This document shows, one piece after another, positions 24,801 through 38,689 of a stretch of 64,000 nt of DNA (the first letter of the stretch is position 1; every line of letters starts with the position of its first letter). The stretch lies in NCBI GenBank assembly GCA_010909165.1, contig MU008200.1:124001-188000 (forward strand), given 5' to 3'. The translations under genes and the position numbers were made by a program. The notes beneath the pieces were generated by a model that made no database searches, was not told the origin of the DNA, and worked only from the letters and a program-made list of their open reading frames with translations. This stretch comes from Anthoceros angustus (Eukaryota; Plantae; Anthocerotophyta).

Positions 24801-27800
24801 CAATTCACTGCATGTCAGCAAGTTGTCTGATAGTGCCATGTTTAAGTATTGTGATATCTGAGCTGTTCGGAACAGTAGATTGCATGCTCAGTTTGGCCTT
24901 GATGTTCTGTGAAGGGGAGGACATCTGGAAATACGTGGGGAAAGTGTCAGATGCGCAGAAGAGTATTCTTGATGACAAGTTCAAGTGGAAGGTACTAGTG
25001 ACGGGTTTAATTTTGTGATTTCTTTGAAGTTCCTATTTAGTGCGCTTGATTTTTACTCAGGAAGATTCACCTGCTGTGTTTGCAGGCCAGAGAGATGATC
25101 AAGCGCAAAGAAGGAAAGCCTGGGGAAGTCCGAGCTGCTATGAGACGATCAGTTCGAGAGAATGGGTACGCTTTTGCACTATCTGTGATGATTCTAAACT
25201 CAAGGAACTTCCACTAATCTCGTGAAGGGTGAGATGGTGGGAGGGTTGGTTGTGACAAGGTACATGGTTGTACTGTTTTTTTCTGTTTAGACGGTAACCT
25301 ACAGCAGCTTAAGAGGTTTCTAAGACGACCTGTCATTCTGACCTACTTGCATGTATTGTGTAAGCTTTTTGTGTGGCTCTGATGATTTTCTGAAGTTTCA
25401 AGCTCATATTTCTTGCATGGCAGATTAGAGACAGCTGAGCCGAGTGGTGAAGGGTGTAGACCCTTGACTGCACCACCAGTGCTTCCAAGGTGATAATGTG
25501 TTCATCTTTTATCTGGTTGAAACCCCTCACAGAGGGAGTTTAGCGCTTGAGTCTGTTTCTGATGTGTGCAGTGTACGAGTTGGTTCTGGGCTCCTCCACT
25601 CTTCTGTGGATGTGGTGCTCATTCAACATTCCAGTGTGCAGCTTAGTCCACCTCCAGGTGGACCAGGAGATTGGAATGAAGCTCTAGACATGATTGAGTT
25701 TGGGACAACAGCAGAGCAGGTCTAGGATTCTCTGAACTTATATCATTTCCAAATGCTTAGAGGATGACTGTACGCATTTTTGTTTAACTCCACACTGCAG
25801 TTGGGTCCAACATTTGCCTGTTGTGCAGTTTGTGGAGGGCATGAAGCTGGTCTGCCATGAACTTGGACAGGCTGTAGGTGATTCAGAAAGCAAAGCCCTT
25901 GATGACCTTGGAAAAGATGCAGATCGTCTCGTGGCAAACTTAACACTCAAAGTGAGTATATACAAATTGTGGTTGTCAATCGAACAGAAGCTGAATTAGT
26001 CTGACTTTTGTTTTTCAAAATGGTGACAAGGTGACGGTTACCTTCAAGTTGGGGCTGGCTGGCGAGTCATCAAGGTCGTGCAAATATGTCCTTAATACAC
26101 TGATGCAGGTATCTCATTCTTGGCCCCAGTCCAATTTGGTACACCAAGTGAGTCCATGGGCAAAAATGTTACCAGTTTAACCCTAATGAAGCCTATGTTG
26201 TAGACTTTTCAAGTTAAGAAACTTGCCTATGACGTCAAAGAGCCAACGCTGCACAATCTCATTAAGGAGCTATTGCTCTGGCTTCTGGACGAGAGGGTCC
26301 CGCTCATGGATGATGGCAGCCAACTGCTGAAGGCACTGAATGTTCTCATGTTAAAAATATTGGTATACACCATTTGTCCTTGACCAGCAAAGACAGACGT
26401 ATTTCGTGTTGAGGGTTTTGAGATAGTGATGGCGTATGAATAGTCAGTGCATAACCGGAGTCTTGTGACAGGAAAACGCCAACCGAACATCAGCTTTCAT
26501 GGTGTTAATATATCTTCTTCGCCCATTTGACCCAACAAGAGCTCCTTGTTCCTCAGCTGAGGAAGCAATGCTCTTGAGAGGTCAAAAGTTTTCAGATTTG
26601 GTTGTAAAGTGCCTCATAAAGCTCACCAAGGTATGGATTGCAGGATGTGATTTGTGACTCATAAGGTTCATTGGATGAAGTGGCTTTGGAAGTTGCTTCA
26701 TGCTGTATTATGCTATCTTTCAGGTGCTTGGGTCAACTATATATGAAGTGGACCTTGATAGACTACTACAGAGTATTCACGAGTACCTTCAGGAGCTAGG
26801 TTTAGAAGAGATTCGGAGGAGGTATATCATCATGAAACATGTAGTGGGAAAAAAAACAACTCTTTCACATTGTGCCATGATGATTCCGTCCATTCAGTCT
26901 CCTGTCTGTGGTATTTCAGAGCGGGAGCGGATGACAAACCGCTGAGGATGGTGAAGACCGTTTTACACGAGCTTGTTAAGCTTCGTGGGACAGCAATAAA
27001 AGGACATCTTTCCATGGTCCCAATCGACCTCGAACCACAACCTATCATTCTTGCCTACATTGATCTTAATCTCCAGGTATTGTGCAACCCTCATTTGTCA
27101 GCTGCCAAACTGGTTCATCTCAAATCAGATCTGCAGATAGTTGTGCAGGTGTATTGCACTGCAGTCTATGAGTACTCTGGTTCCTATTCTCTGTCCTGTG
27201 CAACCAGACTCTAGCAGCAGCTAGGATGCTTACTCCATCTGCGGGAACAGGTCAAGCACATTGGACTGACCCAACGTCTAATGGTCCACCAACTCCTGCT
27301 AACCAATCAGCTGAAGCGCAACTGAAAGTAAGCTAGCGAGCAACTGATCCAGTTAGCTACCTTCGAACTCTGGAGCATTGTTTTTACAACATTGGTTTAG
27401 TCTGAAATACTTCAAGGTGCTTCATTCAAATGCTTAGATTTTGATTCATGCATGTGCTTAGACTTCTGATTTTCGAGTTTGGGACGAACATGGGCACAAA
27501 TAACTGGGAACTTCTATGGGTGCAAAACATAAGCATCATGAGCACAAGTTGTCCATCTTTGTGGACTCCGTCACGGAGTGTTCCTTCATACATGAAGATG
27601 GCAGTGGTGCTTGTAGGATAGGATGTCTCTGAAGAGTAGATAGCCCCATGAACCATGAACTAAGTTTGCAAACATGTGCTGAGTTGCTTTGTTGAACCTG
27701 AGCTGGAATTCCTGCAGCAAGAACTTGCAGCTGTTTTCAAGAAAATTGGAGACAAACAGACTTCAGCAATAGGGTTGTATGAGCTGTATCGAATCACACA

Positions 27801-28736
27801 GCTGTATCCTCAGGTCGGATACTGCAGGGCTATGTTTCTTCCAGTTTATATGCTTATTTGACCTTGAATGTTCTGTAGTAGTGCTTGGGTGGTTTGATTG
27901 TCTTAGCACTTTGTACAGGTGGATATCTTTGCTCAGCTGCAAAATGCAAGTGAAGCGTTTCGGGCATATATAAGGGATGGTCTGGAACAGGTATGGTACA
28001 TTGTGAGAGGCACTGAGAATGTGCATGAATCCTGCGGGCCTTCGACTATCTCCATGCTCTTAATCTCCCCTGATTGAGGTACTTTTTGTGGACAGATGGG
28101 AAAAAATGCAACTGGCCGAACTCCAGTTAGTATAGCATTCGTGTCTCCACCCCCTGTTTCACCCCCAACCCATGGGTTTCCTAAGACAGCGCCTGCTTCT
28201 CCAAGCAATTCTAGGCTGCACCCGTTTGGACTGGAGTTCATAAGTAACAATAATGTTGTGGGTAACTATCGAGAAGAATTGGAGGTGAAGAAGGGTGCAA
28301 GTGTAAGGGGCTTCAGTGGGCGTCACGAGGATGTTGCCTCTGAGGCAGATGGTATGTTATGACTGCATGGTTGGTATATACGAAGGTTTGACCACAGTAG
28401 GGCCTGCCATGGCTTATCTTTGGTGATGCAGGCACTGCAGACGGGCAAGCGGGTGGTCCAGCCCACGGACATGCTGGCACACTGGATGCGATCAGAGAGA
28501 GAATGAAAAACATCCAAGCTGCTGCTGCGGGTACCACAACCAGGGGTTTTGTGAGCACGAATGGTACCTCAGATGCCCGCAGTTTTCTTGAGCAAGTAAT
28601 GGAAGGTCCTGGAGTAGAAGGAGGTCGGACTGGGAGTGCACCAGCCATGGATGAGAAAGCTCTATCTGGGCTGCAGGAGCGAATGGCCAGGCTGAAAAGC
28701 TCTTCTGTGGAGTCCCTCAATCCTGGCTGGGTTTGA
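15837..28736 (+). CDS. MOR1: MICROTUBULE ORGANIZATION 1 (XMAP215/TOG-domain microtubule polymerase), many short introns
   Basis: Exons spell MSEDEKILKEAKKLSWEDRLGHKNWKVRNDAN, DSNAPAQEKALDA, FGTKVVPPKKILKMLPDLFDHQDQNVR, LRSKNNRTRIECVD, PQPIILAYIDLNL, ending LSGLQERMARLKSSSVESLNPGWV*. Introns are mostly GT-AG and ~80-200 bp. Individual exon borders not all listed. Confidence 0.97.
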
Positions 28737-29174
28737 GGTTGAACCCTAGGGACGATGCACAGTTTCTGGTTCCCCTTTCCAACGGTGCTTGCTATGCTTG
28801 CAGCAGGAACAACGTTGAATGCCGTGTTGTCCCCTTAGAAAATTTGCTTTTAGAGTAACGCTTCATGGTTGCGTTTGTTCTGGAGCTCATCAATACTCAC
28901 GATTTCTTCACTTTGTAATTTCCAACTCTCTGAGTGTATTTGCTACTACAATCGCATTGTGAATATTGGGACGTCAAAGTAATGATTTTTTAGACATTAC
29001 ACGTGAAGGGATAGGCCTAAATATCCGTTGGACTCGCGATCGCTTTACTTTTTAATCTTCAACTCCGGGGAGTGTATTTGCTACCATACTAATGGCATTA
29101 GTGAAATAAAGATAAAAAGGTGAAAAGATAAAAGAGCTGAAAAGCTAAGTTAGTAGCTCTGCCCTGTCAAGAAG

Positions 29175-29594
29175 ATGGATGTGTTGCATACTTCATGCAA
29201 TCTCCTGTTAAGTGCTTTCAGTGAAGCTGCCATGCACTGCACTACCATGAGTGAGGATGATAAGCTGCATCGCTTCATGTCTGGTTTGAAAGATTGGGCT
29301 TCTAATAGAATTGAGTTGTATAGTCTAACTACATTGGCAGAGGCCATTACAATAACAGATGCCATTCCAGACACTTTCATTCTACTACATCCAACTCCTC
29401 CAAAAGATTTCGAGGTCGGTATGCCCAGATTAGAGGAAGATCTAGTAGTGCCGGCAACAGAGCTGCCAAGGACACTGGCGAAAATGGAATTGCAAGAGGC
29501 AATTCAAGAGGAAATTTCCGCAAAAGAAATCGAGGAGTGCGCAGAGGCCGTGGAGCTAAGAGAACAGGGTCCTCGAAAAGGAGTCTGCTACTGA
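29175..29594 (+). pseudogene. Ty3/Gypsy gag fragment
   Basis: MSEDDKLHRFMSGLKDWASNRIELYSLTTLAEAITITD resembles the retrotransposon gag C-terminal motif (DKLF.FM.GL..WA..EL). Confidence 0.6.
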
Positions 29595-31684
29595 ACCGGG
29601 ACATGATGCAAATGAATGCCCGAACAAATGAATGTCCAAGACACCTGGAAGAACTTGATAAAGTACTTCCATTATCTTTTTCTTCCAGTCTTCTGACTTC
29701 TCTCCATATGGGCCTGCTGTGCTCTCAGGCGGCGCTCTCACTTCCTCTTCTTCTGACGATGATGAATCTTCAGGCGGTTGAGGCAGATGATCGGCAGAAG
29801 ATTGCTGCTTCTTCAGCCTCTCCTTACGCTTCTGATTGACCATCTAGTTTTTGCCACCTGAGTCTGTTCACATGTTTCAAGGCATCCATGGTCAGTGCAA
29901 AGTTTTGTCTGTTAAGTTGTCTGCACATTACAGGTCAGATGAAGCATACAGCTTAAATCAAATTGTGAACTGACAAGTAATTGATGTAAGGGTTAGTATT
30001 TTTTAACTAACAAGTACTAGTGCAAATTCTATTTTGTTATTTTTGAAGTCACCTTCTTTGTATTTACCTTGTGAAGATGCTTCAGGCACTATCCACTCTT
30101 CCCACGATGCATCCAGTGAGTGTAGGTTTTGGATGTCCTGCTCTAGGCGGACAATCCTTCTTCTCATTACCCCCTGGATCCTTTCTCTGTCCTCCTCAAT
30201 GTGTCTCTGGTTATATCTCACATCTAGATGACGGTTAGGATCAACACGCATCAGACCTGTACGGAGTTTCTCCATTGGCCAAGTATCTGGAGGTGACCTA
30301 GGAGGATAAATTGGGATGGGGGGCAGCATACTCAAAGTTGGCACGGGTCTGGAGCTTGATGCTGATGGAGCTTGAGAGCCTGTGACTTCATGAGGAACAT
30401 CTTCCCTTTCTATGTGAGAATACACACGCAATGGTCAACTGCAGGCACTTCTTTCTGGCATGTCTTATAAAAAATAGGATATGAAGTAGAGATATAGGGT
30501 CTACAATTTCTTCTACAGGGCTATATTTCCTATCCACAAGCCTGCTGCGCCTATCTCGACTTAAGGGCGCTTCTCTTCTTCAGCTTCAATGGATCATGGG
30601 AGCAACACAAGGATTAAGAAACAATGGCACAAGTTTGAGTGGTGAGGCGCACTGCTGCTTTCTTCCCGCCTCCTATCACCGGTGATGAGTCAGCTGCGAT
30701 TCTGGCCAGCGAGGCGGCTCGGATATCTCAGGCTGCAAATTGGTGTTTTGGAGATGGGCATACACATATGCAGGTGGTCCGTCCCTCCTGTGCCCACCGC
30801 CGTGGGCGCTTCCGACAGACTCTACCGCTTGTTGGTGCTGGGCAAGGTTTCCCCTTGGAGCGCGACCTCCCATGGTCATCCGCGCCGTGTGCGCCCGTCC
30901 TCCCTCCATTGTTCTGGCCAGATTCCCTCCGTGTCGAGCTGCTGGCTTTGCCCCCGTCCGCTTGTTTTTTGAGTCCATTGCTGGTGTTTTGTGGTTGCCG
31001 TGGGATACGGCAATCACGGGGTGAAGGCGTATGGGCATTAATGCCCAACAACCCCCATTACCCCCACATGTGCATGCGAAAGAGCATGCCCATGGGTACA
31101 TAACGGCCTATTTACTCATATTTATCCGTATTATATACCATTAATTACTGTGAGTTCAGTGGTGAATAAATAATTACCTACTTAGGTTAAATAAGAGTGT
31201 TAGAATGTGAGAGGTTGTTATTAACGTACCAATTATTATTTAGTTATCTAATATCTAGGTTAATGGTGAATGGTCACACCTGCTCACATGAAGTACTTAA
31301 GACAATTTTGTATTCAACTTTTAATTAATTGCTTTTGCAATTCGATGAGCTTCCGCTCACAAAGTTTCACATGGGAGTCCAACCTTTGATGGAATCTGAT
31401 CTTGTGCTCCCTAAATTGGTCGTCTTGTTTGCAGCTTTGAATCGTCTTCAATATCCTTGTCTATCAAGTCTTATAGAATCCATGGTAAATTGACAAAGGA
31501 TTTGATGCACAAATAGTACATCATAGAAATATAAGGTTCAACATGATGCAAATGATGCAATTGCTGCCGAAAGTCAAATCTCTTTGATGCATGTGGCAAT
31601 TTGATAAGCTAGTATAGAATATGCATCAAAGGATTGAAACCCTCGTAGGTAGAAAGTAATATGTTCAAACATAAAGAGCAAAGT

Positions 31685-31950
31685 GCTCTGATACCATGAT
31701 GAAAATCATACGCTTGCTCCAAGTGTTTTTAGCATTCATTATAATGAACAATAGCAAGTGTTTATATAGCATAGGTGATTATAGGTTGTTGTAACCGATA
31801 TAACCAATATAATAACTAACTACTTAAGTAACTACCTAAGAAACTACTTCTAGCTCTAAGAATTAATTAATCATTAATTCTAGGGATTTATCTGAGCCCT
31901 GACGAATGATGCTCTAAGTAAATATATATTTTCTCATTTTTTTTCCAGTC
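31685..31950 (-). mobile_element. LTR retrotransposon remnant: PBS plus short LTR
   Basis: tggtatcagagc (tRNAi-Met PBS) on - strand at 31685-31696, adjacent to a CA end (plus-strand tg at 31697); AT-rich LTR-like sequence follows. Far boundary uncertain. Confidence 0.6.
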
Positions 31951-32844
31951 ACAGCACTTCATCCTTTACATCCATCCTATTCTCTTGCAGTCTCCGTAGC
32001 AATTCCGTTGTCTTCCTTAGTGGACCGAGGAGACTGGCCTCATCACCCTCGTCTATTTGGGTTGCCGTCTCTGCCCTCATCCTCGTCTTGGGTCTACTCC
32101 AGCAGAGCTCCACATTTACATTGATTGCCCATCCCTTCAATTGGGCACAAGCTCCCACAGTATGGCGCTCATCCCACTCTCCTTCATCTGCCCCTGCGAT
32201 AGTGCTTTCTGCATCCCAAGCTGACCTCATGTCCTGCTTACGTCGCTTCTTCCGTCCCCTTGTGTCTGCCCTGGATGTTTTCTCGAATACCTGAGCCCAC
32301 TTCTAGTCTTCACGATCACGAGTGACAGCAGCACAGTTGCCAGCTTTATTGCTAGATGGGACGCCATTGCACTACAAGCCGGTCATTGCACTCGAGTGGA
32401 GTTATTGGCGTCAAGAGGAGTGTAAGGGGCCTGCTACGCGTGACCGCTTCGTATTGGGTTGTTTAATTAAGCTCGTGTCGCTTAAGGGGGTTGTTAGATT
32501 ATTTAATCAACACTTGGCTTAACCTAGACTAGGGTTAGTTATGGTTATGTGAAAGGTTGCATAGATGGGTATTTGGGAGGTATTAAATCATACAATTTTG
32601 TTCAATCATTATTCTAATTAATTGCTCTTTCCCGTGAGTCTGCCCTTTGGTCCCCCATTAAACAATCAAGCAGGCCAGGCCGTATTCTGAAAAGGGGAAT
32701 AAAGAAGGAAGTTATGTACATCATACATAATACAGTAGACAAAACCGGCAGGAAACCAGCATAGGAGCGACAACTGGCCTGCTACATCAGGTACATATAA
32801 TTTGGACCAAAATATCGAACTGTTGCGAAGAGTTTTTTGGTGGA

Positions 32845-35800
32845 ATGGTTGCGAACAGTTAATGTCAAATGCTTTTGGAGTCTAGGTCTCAACAACGGAC
32901 TGTGTGTGGTCGGGATGGCAGAGATGCCGCGGGATGCCATCTATTCCTCTTGCCAAATGGATCGCGGTCGTGTCCTGGTTAGCTCTTTCCGTCCTTGCCT
33001 TATTTTCACTCCATCCTTCTTGTCGGAGTTTGGTGAGGTTTACTTTTCCAGGGCCATAGTTCTGGAATCTTGGTACTACAGAATTGTCAGGCTGACCCAG
33101 CATTTTGCATGGCAGGATGTATTCTCAGAAGCAATTTCTAAGCCTGTTCCCACGTCAACAATTGCTGTACCAGCTATGCAAGAGGCGATGAGGCCACAGG
33201 TTTGATCTTTAGGTTTGCCAATCATTTATGGGGCAGACCATGTTCAAACTCTCCTCAGCACGTATATGTCGTTTTCATGTGTAATCGAGCTGCTGGATGA
33301 TGGCGTTCTCCAGAAGCAAACGGTTCTGGTTCAGGACGAGAATCAGTTACTTGAAAACGGTCTGAGAACTCTGTTGGAAGATCTTGTGGTGAGGTGCTTT
33401 CGGCTCGCAATCATCTTCCTTTGACCTCATACTTGTCGTCTTTGTTTTTTGGTAACTTAGCCGATGATCCCTCTCGCATATGCAGGATGCTGCAGTACGA
33501 GCTGGTGAGCCGGTGATGGGTTACGGCAGATGCATTGGCTCAGGCGACGATGGACGTGGATCGATCACTCGGCTCTTAGGTGACAACTTTTTATGCGTCA
33601 TTTCTTCTTGGGATGACTACTAGCTGTTGCTAACTGTGTTACTATGCCACTGACCCTGGTGGTGCCACACTCTGCAGACGTTGTGCTACATCTCTGTGAG
33701 AAAGGTCATGTGGAAGGAGGTATGGTGTTCCAGCTATTGGAGGATTTGACTGAGGTCTCAACTATCAAAGACTGCAAAGAGATTTTTGGATATATTGAAA
33801 GCAAGCAGGAGACTCTTGGCAAGGTATCCTAATAACTTTGATCTTCATGTGTCAGCAAGACTTGGCTTTGCTTGATCAGCTTGAACTCCATGGATGTCTT
33901 GTATCTGTAGGCGGAACTCTTTGGACGAGGCAAACTCGTGATGTTAAGAACCTGCAACCAGCTTCTCAGGCGCCTTTCAAAGGTTTGTCATATTGCTGTC
34001 TGGTCTGCTGAGCTGAGACTTGTGGTCAGTAATACCTGCTCTGTGCTGTGCTATGCAGGCAAACGATGTTGTATTTTGTGGGCGTATTCTTATGTTTTTG
34101 GCTCATTTTTTCCCCCTCTCGGAGCGGTCTGGTAAGGAGGACTTATTGAATGGCATCATAAGATTTTGCTTTTGGTACCTCTGTTCACCAACAGGGTGAA
34201 TGTTCCAGCTGTGAACATCAAGGGGGTCTTCAACACTTCAAACGAGACCAAGTATGAAAAGGAGCTGCCTACTGATGGTGAGAGAATCTTGCATATGGGT
34301 TTGTAGTTGGGATTCAACGCCCCAGAATGGAACTATCTGACCACTTGTCTGCACTGTTGTCCAGGGTTGCTCGTTGATTTGAACTTCTATAAGACGTTCT
34401 GGAGCCTTCAGGTAATTCTGGGTTTGTTGTCGGAAATCAACTCAATTGTTATGAAATTCTGGGCATGACTTCAAGCATGCTCTTTAAGGTTGCAGGAGCA
34501 CTTCTCCAACCCTGCCCCTTTGATTCAACACCCGACAAGGTGGCTGGCTTTTTCATCAAGTCTTACTGTGAGTTAACTTCTAGTCTTGTGTCACTTGTCC
34601 AGAAACTGAAGCCTTTTTCCTGGCTGTAGGTTAAGAAGCTTGTGTGGCAATTTGTTTGTATTTTGGTCCACTGGGGGCCTCCTTAGTTTCTTCTATTCAA
34701 ATATTCAGAAATCTCGCCTGTCACCAGATGGGAAAGGATAGAAGTGCACAGCTAGCATGAGTTGGTCAATGCACCTTTAGGGCTGTGGGAAGTTAGGATG
34801 GAACTAGTGGGATTTCTTTCCTCTTAAGGTAGTGGATGGCAGCAAAATGTTTGCAACAACTGAGCCAGTTACTTTCTTATCATTTCAAAACTCTTTGCAA
34901 CACGACAGACTGTTCTGGACACTTTTGAAACTCTTCCACTCGTGGACAATGAAGAAAGCTCCAGCCACCTAAACACGGCCGATGATGCGACCTTCAATAT
35001 CAAGTACCTCACCAGCAGTAATCTAATGAGCTTAGAGGCCAGTAGTCATGCTCAAAACCGATGGTTTGATCTATCATACTGTCTTGCCTACTTCCTAGCT
35101 CCATGTTGGTTTACCCTTAACTCATCTCTTGGCTCACTTCCGTTGTCTCTAACAGCTCAAAGATCCAGGTTTCAGGCGGCATGTACTTGTGCAGTGCCTC
35201 ATCATCTTTGACTTCTTGCAGGTCCCATTCTACTCTTGGCAAGTGTGTTTGTTCATGATTTGCATGCATGAGTACCTGCATGGTGACATCCATGTGCTTC
35301 CATCCAGTTGGTAAATAGGGTGATTCGTGATAGGTCACGAGGTTAGTGATCTCATTGCTTGAGCACCTTGTAAGCCTTCCAAGTTGTAACCAATGGTTTG
35401 ATGTTCTGGCTGTACAGTCCCCGGGCAAAACTGAAAAGGAGAGTGCCAAAGAAAGTTTGGTATGCTTGCTTTCTCTTAAGATACATAAGTCTTGTTTTGG
35501 CTTTTTCTTTTGGGAGACTTCAGGTTTCCCAAGAAAATTTTGTTGTTGGTAAGTGGTAGTTGCCTTCGTAGAGGAATGAAGTGAAAGCACATGAAGATCG
35601 AGTGAGGAAGTTACTAGAGAGTACACCAGCCAAGGGAACAGAGTTTCTCGCCAGTGTGGAACATATTCTTGAACGCGAACGGAATTGGGTAAGTCTCTCA
35701 ACATCCAAGATTTGGGGTATGTGTCCAACAACATGTTTGAGGTTGCACAGTTTGCTTTCATTTCAAAGCTCATGTACTGTGACTGAGTGGGAGATTGTGG

Positions 35801-37236
35801 CATTGGTTGTAGGTTTGGTGGAAGAGGGATGGGTGTCCTGCTTTCGAGAAAGTGACTCCAGATCAAAAAGTACCAGCAGATGCTAGCAAGAGGCGGTATG
35901 TTCGGAACTTCCAGAGAAGTTGTGTAGCAATGTCAGGCAGACTTTGTCATTCCTGAAGATACAGGCTGGTTGCATGTTGGGTAGTGAGGTCTTTCTTGGA
36001 GGAAGGCTGAAATGTTTTGGATCGCATCAGCAGGCCTAGATGGAGGCTTGGGAATAAGGAGCTTTCGCAACTTTGGAAGTGGTCTGAACAGAACCCGGTA
36101 ATAATTCAATCTTTTGCCTTTAAATCTTCCATAAATAGCCGTTTCTTGTTTCTTAGCAAACCGTGCCCTCTGAAGTTGCTAGAGGTGGTGACAGAATGCA
36201 CTGACAGATGTTCAACGGGTGAGAGTTCCTCATGTTTCTGAATACTGGAAACCTCTTGCCGAAGAAGTAAGTGATGGGACCTTGTCCGTCTGTTTCTGTT
36301 CTTTTTTTAAGTCTTGATTTGTTAGTACATACCCAATTTATTTCTGCACGGGATGTCCTGGTAGCTTGATCCTGCAGCAGGCATTGAACCAGAGTACAGC
36401 CGGAAGCAGAATCGGGTGGGTGCTCTTCGCCTCTTTCTGGGTTACTGTGCTAAAATATAAAGTAAATCAGGGGTGGTATTGTCATTTTGCACAAGTTTTG
36501 TGAGAAGTTTTCTCACCTGCATCGATACTTTGGTGAAACAGGTCTACTGCTGGAAAGGGTTGAGGTTTTCATGCCGTCAAGATCTTGAAGGGTTTTCGAG
36601 GGTACGTATGCTCCTGTGTCCCGGGTTATGTAACGGATGTTCCTGAGTTGCGGTATGTGGAAATATTATGATAGCAGTGTCTGTAGGGCAGTCCAGCTAA
36701 GAAAACCCGGGATAGCAGTTCACAGATCATGGGATAGAATCGGTCATTCCGCCAGAGTTGTTGCCTGTGGAAGTGCGAGCGAAATTTCATGGTAAGAACC
36801 AAGAGAGGTTAAAGCAGAAAGGTGTGAAGAAGGATGAGGATGTTGGGCACGCAGTTCCTCAATCAGAGTTGCTGGTAATCATCCCTATTCTCACTCTTGG
36901 TTGTCAGCTGTGTTTCCGGAGTGATGGGGCTGAAATTCTGTGTCACATCAATGACAGATCACTGAAAAGATGCCCTTGGGTGAAGCCGGTAGTCAAGCTC
37001 CAGAAGGGGGTCCTGGGGACATGGATGCCGCGACACAGCCTTCGATTCTCAGCAGGCTGAACTTAGGATCAGGCAAACGCTTGGCTTCAGAAGCAGATGA
37101 TGCAGTTGTAATTAACACTGCAACCGTGTCCCTGGAGAAAGGTCTGATAGAGGCCCGTGACTTCAAGAAGGTGTCCCCCGACTTGAAGTCTCCTGATGAA
37201 GGCGGAAGGAAACGTGCCCGCCCCGACAGTACGTGA
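32845..37236 (+). CDS. THO1: THO complex subunit 1 (HPR1/THOC1), multi-exon
   Basis: Exons spell DVFSEAISKP, KQTVLVQDENQLLENGLRTLLEDLV, LCEKGHVEGGMVFQLLEDLTE, GKLVMLRTCNQLLRRLSK, FNIKYLTS, RWRLGNKELSQLW, VYCWKGLRF. Start is inferred as a lone ATG exon at 32845 spliced to 33116; the 3' end is taken from the stop at 37236. Confidence 0.93.
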
Positions 37237-37448
37237 AGGCCATTTTTCATATCCGAACTCTAGAGTGCCGAAGTTACTCAATTAGTCCTTCGCATACACT
37301 TTTTGGTGCATGGTCCTGGAATATTGCAACCGCATAGGCAATACCACAAGTACTGAATGAATTCTGGAGCTTCGCTTTCATAATCTATATATGAGTATTA
37401 TAATAGTTTCCTTGCCTAAGCTTCCATGTACCAACGATGCAAAATATA

Positions 37449-37555
37449 TATGTCACCAGAGCGAGCAAAGACTGCCACTCTTGTCCTCCAGCAAGGAACC
37501 TTATGTCACCAGAGCGAGCAAAGACTTGCCACTCTTGTCCTCCATTAACGAACCT
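37449..37555. repeat. ~53-bp tandem duplication
   Basis: tatgtcaccagagcgagcaaagact(t)gccactcttgtcctcca at 37449 and 37502. Confidence 0.9.
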
Positions 37556-38390
37556 TGAGCAAGAGATGATGCAGCCAACATTTCCTAACTTGGTATAGAC
37601 ATAACAAGATTAGCACACATCTCCCCATGTGGCCCGTAGAGCTCCTATTTTGGCAGTAGCATCATCTACAAGGAAAGTGCTTGGCTAGCAAAGTGGACAG
37701 TGTTGCTGCATATGCAATCGAAATGCATGTAACCACGCTAGAATACCTCCAAGTCTTCCACTGTCAGCGATAATCCAAGCAGCTGGAACCCCGTTATAGT
37801 AAGTATCAAACACCAACAAGGTGTACAAGTGGAATTTCTACTTATTGGTGCCAAAAGTGGCATCAATAGAGATAACACTATTGTGACCAAATTGGAGCAT
37901 CGTGGATCTCTGAAAAGAAGTTTGCACCCCCTAGGTGAAAGAGCCTAAATAAGAATGATACTAAATAATGTCCTTGTGAGCTTCTATCCACATTCGGACA
38001 CTTATCTCATCGTTCCGATGGTATTGGTAAAAGCCTTTGGTAACTGTAGATGCGATGTTATCAATGTTATGTGGTTGAAGGAAGTCATCACGGCTGGGTT
38101 CATAGCCACAAACTTGTGCTTTCAAACCCAGGTACCTTTTAAACATGCTCCAAATAGGTCTATCTTCTAGTGGCCCCTGCGAAAAGTCTGTGTCAGACCC
38201 ATGAACGTATCTCAATGCTTAAATGAGCAGCAAACCTTGCATGTGGGTTTGCATTGTACTAGAAGCTATAATAGACTTGCTTGGAGTTGTCGACATGCTG
38301 GTTATAGACAATAAACACTGCAACAAGATTGTAGGTATTTAGAGCATCGTGCTATCAACAACGTTCACGCACCCACGCACATGAACATTA
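37540..38390 (-). pseudogene. Mutator-like (MULE) transposase relic, At1g60560-type
   Basis: Minus strand reads IVYNQHVD, ARFAAHLSIEIRSWV, SIDATFGTNK*KFHLYTLLVFDTYYNGVPAAWII, STFLVDDATAKIGAL, LILLCLYQVRKCW; several in-frame stops. Confidence 0.78.
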
Positions 38391-38514
38391 GTGTTCATAA
38401 AGAAGAAGAACCGCATGAAATAGTCTCAAGCAGTTGTAACGGTAAAGTAACCTAATACTAACACATAACCTAAGATATTAAGCTAATGTATATAAGTATA
38501 TGTACTGTACTTTT

Positions 38515-38530
38515 CCAACACTCCCACTTA
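38515..38530 (-). other. Possible PPT-LTR junction (Copia style)
   Basis: Minus strand taagtgggag|tgttgg, similar to tgagtggag|tgttga at 62436-62450. Confidence 0.45.
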
Positions 38531-38689
38531 TTATGTATATCTTAATTGGATAATTTACACGGCTACCACACTAAAACCCTGAACCCTCAGAATCATTGCT
38601 ATCGAAGAACATGGGTTACTCCTCAAACGCCCAAGTAGCTCTCACATGCATACAACAGCCTACTACCATGAATCACGCGACGAGGTAAG

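Noticed and set aside
32370-32378. cactacaag as the partner CACTA TIR
   Set aside because: Wrong side of the 9820 end, no AAAA continuation and no subterminal repeats; the same holds for the match at 61130, which is inside Copia coding sequence.
35117-35866. 249-aa antisense ORF
   Set aside because: It overlaps THO1 exons and introns on the opposite strand and has no recognisable motif.
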